NCBI GenBank assembly: GCA_965215015.1
Contig: OZ244042.1
Span: 5,632,001 to 5,696,000, forward strand
Origin: Candidatus Poribacteria bacterium
Lineage (GTDB): Bacteria > Poribacteria > WGA-4E > PCPOR2b
DNA length: 64,000 nucleotides
Direction of reading: 5' to 3'
Shown here: positions 20,956 through 28,586 of the stretch, one piece after another
How positions within the stretch are numbered: the stretch's first letter is position 1
Layout: the number at the start of each line of letters is the position of its first letter
The notes under the pieces: generated by a model
The model's input: the letters and a program-made list of their open reading frames with translations, nothing else
What the model was told of the DNA's origin: nothing
Database searches by the model: none
Program-made: the position numbers and the translations under genes

Positions 20956-21262
20956 TGTTTACCTCCAGTTCACCTTCTATTTTTTAGTGCTAAAGTCGTT
21001 GATAGATATATCCTTCGTCAACGTGGTAGTCGTTTCCTCCAACACGATAGACATGCTGTGGAAACTCCTTGTTTGCAAGACTATTTTTATTAAGATGACG
21101 CAAGACATTAACACCCGAATCAATCATTTTTTATGTTAAGTGGTTCTTTTGCTATGATTTTCTCTATTACCACCACTTCTTCAGCCATGATAGAATTCCT
21201 TTTTTTCGTACTGTGCACGCCCCATAAAAATCCCGTCCCTTTGGAAATTGATGTTTAACCTA

Positions 21263-22189
21263 TTAGACGAGATTCCTTTCCAGAAGGTTATCTACGATCC
21301 CACCTATTGATGAAAACTGAGAAGTGTCCAGCCATTCAATCCGCGAATCGCTGCGAAACCATGTCAACTGCCGTTTGGCGAATCGACGGGTGTTCTGTTT
21401 TAAGAGCCCTATTGCCTCATCAAGTGTTCGCTTTCCGTCAAGATAATCTATGAGTTCCTTATATCCGAAACTCTGCATTGCGATGCAGTTGCGTGGGGCA
21501 CCTTGATTTAACAGCCCTTTGACCTCTTCAATTAAACCTGTTTCTACCATCTGATCCGTCCGTTTTTCAATTCGCTGGTAAAGCGTTTCCCGCGGCATGT
21601 TAAGTCCGAATGCTCGGAATCGGTAACGCGGTTCATTCGTCTGCCACTGCCCTTGGAAGGCAGAAATCGGTTTCCCTGTCAGTTCATAAACCTCTAAGGC
21701 GCGAATGACTCGGACGAGGTTATTTGGGTGAACCCGATTTGCTGCCTCCGGATCGCATCGGCGCAGCCGTTCATGAAGGGCAGCGTTGCCGTGCTCGTCC
21801 GCTTCCCGTCGGAGCTTCGATCGAATTTCTGCATCCGCACCAGGACCGTCAAAGAGTCCATCAATGATGCTGCGAAAATATAGGCCCGCCCCGCCTACAG
21901 CCAGCGTCCGTTTGCCACGCTCATGAATCTTTGCGATCGCGGTGTCCGCCAAACGCTGATATTCTGCGACGGAGAAGGGTTGACCCACGTCGACACAATC
22001 GATGAGATGGTGGGGGACCGCTCGCTGCTGATCTGGCGTCGGTTTTGCCGTACCGATGTCCATCTTCCGGTAGATTTGCCGTGAATCGATCGACACAATC
22101 TCGGTGTCGAAGTACTGTGCAAGCCGAAGGGCTATTTCAGTCTTGCCAACGGCGGTTGGTCCTATAATACAAATCAACGGAGATTTCAT
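21263..22189 (-). CDS. miaA: tRNA dimethylallyltransferase
   Basis: GPTAVGKT, DSRQIY..MDIGTAKP, RALEV, AKRQLTWF; start placed at MKSPL. Confidence 0.95.
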   Translation of the reverse strand: MKSPLICIIGPTAVGKTEIALRLAQYFDTEIVSIDSRQIYRKMDIGTAKPTPDQQRAVPHHLIDCVDVGQPFSVAEYQRLADTAIAKIHERGKRTLAVGGAGLYFRSIIDGLFDGPGADAEIRSKLRREADEHGNAALHERLRRCDPEAANRVHPNNLVRVIRALEVYELTGKPISAFQGQWQTNEPRYRFRAFGLNMPRETLYQRIEKRTDQMVETGLIEEVKGLLNQGAPRNCIAMQSFGYKELIDYLDGKRTLDEAIGLLKQNTRRFAKRQLTWFRSDSRIEWLDTSQFSSIGGIVDNLLERNLV

Positions 22190-22324
22190 GGCGTGAAACA
22201 TGATGCGTGGAAACGGTTTGTTCATTGGTGCCCCGCCTCCGCCCCTGATAAATCGGAATGCAAGCACCTACGATTTCTGTTACACGATTTCTTTACATGA
22301 ACCAAGCATTTAATTAGCTGGCTT

Positions 22325-23104
22325 TTAATCAATGGTCATTGCACATCGGAATCCGAAGTCGGTGAACTGCTTCTCGGGGGCAAGACTACTCCGCGCTGCA
22401 CAGCGGGCAAAGCGGATTCTGTGGCGCCACGAACCGCCACGCGCCACACGACGACTGCTGTGTCTGGGACCAGTCGGATTGCGATTCGGCGAGATTTCGT
22501 AGTAAGCCGGATCGTAGTTATCAGTGCACCATTCGTGGACGCCCTCTGACATATTGTAGAGCCCATAACCGTTGGGCCCCTCCGTCCCAACCGGAAAATG
22601 CGGTGCATTCCGTCCACCTCCATGGTCCTCGTACAGTTCATCGCCCCATGGATACTCTCTGCCTTCTAACCCACCCCGTGCTGCTTTTTCACGCTCCGCC
22701 TCTGTTGGGAGACGATAGGCTTTGCCGATCAAGTCCCTTAACCACTCGCAATAGGTAACGGCCTCATACCAACTGACCCCGACAACCGGTTGGTCTGGGT
22801 GTTGGAACTTGGCCTCACCCCAAAACGGCGGCGGTGGATGGGCTGTCATCTCCATAAAACACTTATACTCTCGGTTGGTCACAGGGTATCGTGCCATGCC
22901 GAAAGCGTCCACCCATACACGGTGGAGGGGTTGTTCATTCGCCGCACCGTTTTCGCTTCCCATAAGGAAATCTCCTTCGGGAATGGCGACTATATTGGGC
23001 TCAATGAATTTCGGTGCTTGCATGGGTGCATTTTCCCTTCGTCGGCGTTTACCAACCCTTTGTGCTTTTGCGTATCTCAGTGCCCTCCGATTTTGCCTTG
23101 ACAA
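22325..23104 (-). CDS. FGE/SUMF1 (formylglycine-generating enzyme fold) domain protein
   Basis: FLMGS, PVTN, RLPTEAE, NGYGLYNM, RGGSW, GFRC. Confidence 0.9.
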   Translation of the reverse strand: MSRQNRRALRYAKAQRVGKRRRRENAPMQAPKFIEPNIVAIPEGDFLMGSENGAANEQPLHRVWVDAFGMARYPVTNREYKCFMEMTAHPPPPFWGEAKFQHPDQPVVGVSWYEAVTYCEWLRDLIGKAYRLPTEAEREKAARGGLEGREYPWGDELYEDHGGGRNAPHFPVGTEGPNGYGLYNMSEGVHEWCTDNYDPAYYEISPNRNPTGPRHSSRRVARGGSWRHRIRFARCAARSSLAPEKQFTDFGFRCAMTID

Positions 23105-23175
23105 GCTTCTGAGGACATGCCATTATAGCAGCCTAACTTTTTAGATGTCAACTTTAACCTTTAAGGTAACAGAAA

Positions 23176-23757
23176 ATGGTATGGATTCAAACCGTTTCCG
23201 AATCAGAGGCAACGGGCATTGTTAAGGAAGAATACGAGGCAGGAATCCAGCGCGCTGGGCGAGTTTACAACATCGTCAAGCTATTCAGCATCAAGCCGGA
23301 AAGCCTCAGAGTGTTCATCAATCAGTATGAGATTATCATGTTTGGTCCTTCCAAGTTGAGTCGGGCCCAACGAGAGATGATAGCGACAGTGGTTTCACAG
23401 ATTAACGCCTGCCGATACTGAGTCCAAGCACACGGCGAAGACCTGCGGGAACAGGTCGATGAAGATCAACTGGTGCGTCAGATCAAAACGGATTTCCGAT
23501 CTGCGAATTTGGACCCAACCATGAGAATCATCCTAGAGTTTGCAGAGAAGGTTACCCTTGCCGCGTATACGGTTCAACCTTCAGATCTTGATCTGCTCAG
23601 ATCGCACGGCTTGGATGACGAAACAATTTTCGATGTCGTTGAGATTGTCGGGTTCTTCAATTCCGTCAACCGGATTGCGGATGCGCTGGGAGTTGAACTG
23701 GAGGACTTTCTTGACACGACGGATCTGCCATCGGCACCAGTAGCCGGAGACGAGTGA
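23176..23757 (+). CDS. AhpD/CMD-family peroxidase-related selenoprotein (CxxU)
   Basis: Track ORFs 23176-23421 and 23473-23757 are in frame; EMIATVVSQINAC-R-Y-TGA(23419-23421)-VQAH matches AhpD E-x-CxxC-x3-H. Confidence 0.9.
23419..23457 (+). promoter_or_regulatory. Sec codon plus SECIS-like hairpin
   Basis: GACCTG-CGGGAA-CAGGTC stem-loop starting 18 nt after the TGA. Confidence 0.7.
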
Positions 23758-24503
23758 AAGTTGAGATGTCAGCCAAGCCAAACCTTGAAGGTTACCTCTC
23801 TGCTGTGATCAAAGAAGGGTTATATCCAAGTAGAGGGAACCTTCAATTTCACTTGAAGACTCTATTCAAGAATGTCCCTCTTGAAAACAGACAGGTGCTT
23901 GATATTGGTGGTGGAAGTGGGCTGCATAGCTTCTATGCGGCTTGTATGGGTGCGAAGGAGGTTATATGTCTCGAACCGGAAACGGAGGGGAGTCGTTCTG
24001 GGAGGAGTGTCAAGTTTAGGAAATTAAGTGAAATTCTCGGATACAATTATGTAAGGTTTGAACCTATTACATTTCAAGCCTTTGAGCCCACGAAAAAGCA
24101 GTTCGATATTATCTTACTTCATAACTCGATAAACCACTTAGATGAAGCTGCCTGCATCAACTTGCTCAACAGTGAAGCGTCCAAGGCGATTTATATGGAC
24201 ATATTCTCAAAACTTATTTCGATCGCAAATAGCGGGGCAAAGCTAATCGTTTGTGATTGCTCAAGATATAATCTCTTCGCCTTGCTTAAAATTAAGAATC
24301 CTTTTGCCCCCACGATAGAGTGGCATAAACATCAGGCCCCGGAGGTCTGGGTGAATCTGTTAAGTCAGGTAGGGTTTATTAATCCGAGAATCAGATGGAC
24401 CTCTTTTAACACGCTACGTTCTCCGGGGAGAGCCCTGTTGGGCAATAAGCTACTATCCTATTTTCTGAGAAGTGACTTCCGCTTCACGATGAAGAAACCT
24501 TGA
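23754..24503 (+). CDS. Class I SAM-dependent methyltransferase
   Basis: VLDIGGGSG, FDIILL; 4-bp overlap with upstream gene; visibly AT-richer. Confidence 0.85.
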   Translation: MKVEMSAKPNLEGYLSAVIKEGLYPSRGNLQFHLKTLFKNVPLENRQVLDIGGGSGLHSFYAACMGAKEVICLEPETEGSRSGRSVKFRKLSEILGYNYVRFEPITFQAFEPTKKQFDIILLHNSINHLDEAACINLLNSEASKAIYMDIFSKLISIANSGAKLIVCDCSRYNLFALLKIKNPFAPTIEWHKHQAPEVWVNLLSQVGFINPRIRWTSFNTLRSPGRALLGNKLLSYFLRSDFRFTMKKP

Positions 24504-24536
24504 ACTTGGAGGGTTGTGATAGGGTGTACGAGGTAT

Positions 24537-25784
24537 TCAAAAACGATTTCGCAGCCATCGCGGCTTGGATATTGGGCTTCGCGCTTCCTTAATCACCGCA
24601 TCCAGTGTCACCATCGGTTCGTTCCCTTCTTGTTGCAGGAATGCAGGGATGCCCGCCGGCACACAAAAATGTTCGTGGGGACCGATTACCCTCTCGACAC
24701 CAGCCATCTGCACAACCCCTCGTCCGCGGACGACAGAGATGATACAGAAGCGGTCAGGCCGCAGGTTCAATCCATACGCATTGACGCGTGCCACAGACAA
24801 CTCCAACCCACCGATCCCATCTCCATCGGTGGCTGACGCAGGGATGATTGGGTAACGCACAGACGGAAACTTTCCCGCAGCCCTCTCAATTTCACGTTCG
24901 AGATAAATCGTCTGGTTCATTGGACGGCTATAGACAGGTGTCCTCTCAAGTTTTTCTAGCTCAATCGGCTGCGCCTCCACATCGAGAAACACCCCCCACC
25001 CGCCGCGTGTCAAGGATCCGAAGATAAAGGGAACGTGATGCTGCATTGTGCTATCGTTGACATACCCGTGCCGCACTTTCGGGGGAATGGGCATGGCATA
25101 GCCTTCGCTCACTTCTGCATAGAATTCACCGAGAACCGTATTGCCGTGCAATGGTCCGTAGCCCAGATGAATCTCAACACCGTCTTGATGGAGATGAAAT
25201 GGCACATCTGACCGAGGTCCGTCGAGGTACGCCAGATTCCACGAATGATAATCCCCATAAACGAGCGGTACGATTGTAATGCCGAGATTGGGCACGATGA
25301 AACTTGCCTGCTCCGGGGCGTGTGTATCCAGTGTCGTATAGATACCGTTGCTGTTGGCGATTTCTTCCATCAGTTCAGTGAACCGATCTCGAACCTTCCG
25401 CATGGATTCCAACTTGCACGTCTCGACCCCCTCGCTCAATGAGTCGATGACCCTTGGAATGTTGGTGGCATAACGGTAGAACGTGGAGATGAGGGCACGA
25501 AAGTCAGCTTCCACGGTATCCATCGTTTGATTTGCGAGGTCTATCAGGAGTTCTACCGCCCGCTTGCGATGCGCCTCCGTGAGCGGGTCGCACATCTCAA
25601 TTTCATCAATCGCCAACCGTGTAGCGTGAAAGGCACCAATTGTATGACCGCGGAATGCGTAGCTGTACAATCGTGCCAGGGCAACATCTTCGGACGTAAT
25701 CTCCGCTGGCGTGCGTCCCTTCTCGTGGCTCTCACGTGCCAAGTCAACGAGCCGCGCATAGTTGGAATGGACCTGCATGGTCAT
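24537..25784 (-). CDS. Cupin-domain protein (bicupin-like) with N-terminal helical domain
   Basis: HLHQDGVEIH...IPPKVRHG metal cupin motifs; second degenerate cupin (VVRGRG..FCVPAG). Confidence 0.75.
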   Translation of the reverse strand: MTMQVHSNYARLVDLARESHEKGRTPAEITSEDVALARLYSYAFRGHTIGAFHATRLAIDEIEMCDPLTEAHRKRAVELLIDLANQTMDTVEADFRALISTFYRYATNIPRVIDSLSEGVETCKLESMRKVRDRFTELMEEIANSNGIYTTLDTHAPEQASFIVPNLGITIVPLVYGDYHSWNLAYLDGPRSDVPFHLHQDGVEIHLGYGPLHGNTVLGEFYAEVSEGYAMPIPPKVRHGYVNDSTMQHHVPFIFGSLTRGGWGVFLDVEAQPIELEKLERTPVYSRPMNQTIYLEREIERAAGKFPSVRYPIIPASATDGDGIGGLELSVARVNAYGLNLRPDRFCIISVVRGRGVVQMAGVERVIGPHEHFCVPAGIPAFLQQEGNEPMVTLDAVIKEARSPISKPRWLRNRF

Positions 25785-25830
25785 TTTTTGTTTTGGTCTC
25801 CATTGACAAGTCAGGTTCGGAGCCTATACC

Positions 25831-26580
25831 CTAACCCGCTGTAAACCCACCGTCAATTGGTAGTGCAATCCCTGTCACGAAAGCAGATTCGTCCGACGCC
25901 AAAAACAGGGCACCGTAGGCAATCTCCTGCGGCGTAGCGAGGCGTTTCATCGGGTGCTGCTCGGCGAGTGCCTGATATTCCGCCGGCGTTTTCAGTACAC
26001 CTGCTAGGAGCGGGGTTTCAGTAAAACCGGGACAAAGGCAGTTGACACGGACATTGCTAGTGGCATAGTCAAGGGCCATCCCACGCGTCAAATTGGCGAC
26101 CCCACCTTTGGTAGCGACGTAAGCCGCGCGGGTCGGCGCCCCAACTATGCCGTAGATCGATGCCATATTGATAATCGAGCCGCCGCCGTTCTTAATCATT
26201 TCAGGAATGGCGTATTTTGAACCGAGAAAAACCCCTTTCAGGTTGATGTCAACGCAGCGATCCCAGGCTTCCTCCGGCAGCTCCACGACGGGTAAACGCA
26301 TCGCAATACCCGCGTTGTTGAACAGTACATCCAACTTGCCATAAGTATCAACTGTCGATTTGACCATCGCCTGTACATCAACCGCCGCTGTTACATCGGT
26401 GCGAACGAACATCGCCTCACCGCCATCAGAGCCAATCTGATCAGCTACTTCGTTTCCTCTAGCTTTATCCAGATCCGCTACGACAACCTTTGCCCCTTCT
26501 TTGGCAAATAAGAGGGCCGTTGCCCGTCCGATTCCGGAGGCAGCACCGGTGATGATTGCAACTTTACCTTCGAGTCTCAT
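25831..26580 (-). CDS. SDR oxidoreductase
   Basis: TGAASGIG, NNAG, YVATK. Confidence 0.95.
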   Translation of the reverse strand: MRLEGKVAIITGAASGIGRATALLFAKEGAKVVVADLDKARGNEVADQIGSDGGEAMFVRTDVTAAVDVQAMVKSTVDTYGKLDVLFNNAGIAMRLPVVELPEEAWDRCVDINLKGVFLGSKYAIPEMIKNGGGSIINMASIYGIVGAPTRAAYVATKGGVANLTRGMALDYATSNVRVNCLCPGFTETPLLAGVLKTPAEYQALAEQHPMKRLATPQEIAYGALFLASDESAFVTGIALPIDGGFTAG

Positions 26581-26618
26581 AGTCCGTCGTTCTCCTCCGT
26601 TCCGAGAGTCTTCGCCCT

Positions 26619-27644
26619 TTACTGCTTCTCCTGCCACGCCGCTGGGTTCTCCGATTTCTCCTCAATCTGATTGCAGAGCGTCCCAATCCCTTCAACTTCT
26701 AGCTCAATGACATCACCGGGCTGAATCCACCGATCCAACTCCCAGCCACAACCTTTGCCAACCGTGCCAGATCCAAGAAAATCGCCCACACACAGGGTTT
26801 CGCTCTGCGACACAAAGGAGATCATCTCCGCGAAAGTGTAGTACATATCGGACGTATTTCCGTCAGCCCAAACTTCGCCGTTGACCCGCGCAATCATCCG
26901 CAAGTTATACGGATCGGCAATTTCGTCAGGGGTTACGAGGCAGGGCCCCATGATATTGCTGTTATCAAAATCCTTTCCTTTAGCGGGACCAAGTGCCAAT
27001 GTCATGTGGCGAAACTGGATGTCACGCGCGCTGATGTCGTTATAGATTGTGTAGCCACCGACATAGTTTGGCGCGTCTTCAACCGAGATATTCTTTCCTT
27101 CCACCCCGATATAAACGCCCCATTCCAACTCAAAGTCAAGTTTATTGGTGTAGTTGGGCCAAGTCACCGGTGCATTGTGTCCAGCGATAGAAGCGGGGCT
27201 CGTGCTACCGCGATAGTAATTCGGCAGCTTAAACCATTCGGGGGAGATCTCCTTGCCGGTGATCCGGGCGGCGGCATCCATGTGCGTCTTAAACACCCCA
27301 AAATCCCGCAGGCTAGCAGGACGCGGAAAGGGCGCGAGCAGGTTCACCTGATCAGCGGAGTAAACAATCTGTTCACCTCGGATACCGATGGGGTTGGTGC
27401 CGTCAAGGTGTTCAAGGCTCGCCTGCGCTGCCTCTCTTGATCTATCACCCCGCTCGAAGTATTGGAGCATGTCCGAGGGCAGGCTGGCCTCCGCATTCTG
27501 ATAGGCGGAGGATTGTCCCTGTGTCTCTAAAAGATAAAGGGCGTAGGCAGAATTGAGATCGACGATTTGATTGCCATCGATCATCGCCCCGAGTCGCTGC
27601 TGTTTTCCAAGTTGTGTTGTGAGTTCAAAGGTAACGAGCTTCAT
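26619..27644 (-). CDS. Fumarylacetoacetate hydrolase family protein
   Basis: LDFELE, NDISARD, KGKDF, GSGT. Confidence 0.93.
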   Translation of the reverse strand: MKLVTFELTTQLGKQQRLGAMIDGNQIVDLNSAYALYLLETQGQSSAYQNAEASLPSDMLQYFERGDRSREAAQASLEHLDGTNPIGIRGEQIVYSADQVNLLAPFPRPASLRDFGVFKTHMDAAARITGKEISPEWFKLPNYYRGSTSPASIAGHNAPVTWPNYTNKLDFELEWGVYIGVEGKNISVEDAPNYVGGYTIYNDISARDIQFRHMTLALGPAKGKDFDNSNIMGPCLVTPDEIADPYNLRMIARVNGEVWADGNTSDMYYTFAEMISFVSQSETLCVGDFLGSGTVGKGCGWELDRWIQPGDVIELEVEGIGTLCNQIEEKSENPAAWQEKQ

Positions 27645-27752
27645 TGATACTCCTCGGTTTTTTCTTTTTACTATTTTAAGTTCTATTTCGCCATTGTACC
27701 TGCTGCGGTAACGGTTTTTCGTCCGAATGCCGCACCCATTTCTCGGTCAAAT

Positions 27753-27781
27753 AGGATAGCACATCGTCAGGGCACTGTCAA
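27753..27781 (-). promoter_or_regulatory. sigma70-type promoter of FAH-SDR-cupin operon
   Basis: TTGACA-17 nt-TATCCT on minus strand. Confidence 0.6.
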
Positions 27782-27794
27782 CGCAGATTCTGAA

Positions 27795-27996
27795 TTCATT
27801 TACCCCCATTTTTTTTAGAGGTGTCATGTTGGTTGTTTTAGAGAGGTATAGATGTGAGAAAGGGTTGTCAGATATGGTTCACACTGCCAATGTGCAGGGG
27901 AGATACATGCCAACACCCTTAATCACAATTATTCTCACTATCCTAAATCATAAAAATAAATCAAATCTATAACTAAAAAAAATGGGGGTAAATGAG
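27795..27996. mobile_element. ~200-bp MITE derived from the IS4-like element
   Basis: Inverted termini TCATTTACCCCCATTTTTTT / AAAAAAATGGGGGTAAATGAG; left part matches the IS end at ~3935-4019, right part matches ~59325-59402. Confidence 0.9.
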
Positions 27997-28041
27997 TTAA
28001 GCGAGGGCTATCGGCTTACAGATGCATCAATAGTATACAAT

Positions 28042-28586
28042 TGTCAGAATCTGGATTTACCAGATTCTATGATTCGCAGGAATTTTAGATGCTGCCGTTT
28101 CTATCCTGTTTATCCTTCCAGCCTCGAAATCCTGATTCAGCACACCGATTCAAATAGCCACCTTATCTCATTCAGGCATCTCCCGACACTGTCAGAATCT
28201 GGATTCACCAGATTGTATGATTCGCAGGAATTTTAGATGCTGCCGTTTCTATCCTGTTTATCCTTCCAGCCTCGAAATCCTGATTCAGCACACCGATTCA
28301 CATAGCCACCTTATCTCATTCAGGCATCTCCCGACACTGTCAGAATCTGGATTTACCAGATTCTATGATTTTCAGGAAATTGTGATGCTGCCGTTTTTAT
28401 CCTGTTTAGCCTGCCAGCCCGGAAATCCTGATTCAGCACACCGATTCACATAGCCACCTTATCTCATTCAGGCATCTCCCGCCACTGTCAGAATCTGGAT
28501 TCACCAGATTGTATGATTCGCAGGAATTTTAGATGCTGCCGTTTCTATCCTGTTTATCCTTCCAGCCTGAAAATCATGATTCAGAC
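28042..28586. repeat. Tandem array of palindromic-ended units, period 148 bp (4 units)
   Basis: Units start TGTCAGAATCTGGATT at 28042, 28190, 28338, 28486; each core ends AATCCTGATTCAG. Confidence 0.95.

Noticed and set aside
22325-23104. Active formylglycine-generating enzyme
   Set aside because: The Cys pair that normally follows RGGS is absent; FGE fold only
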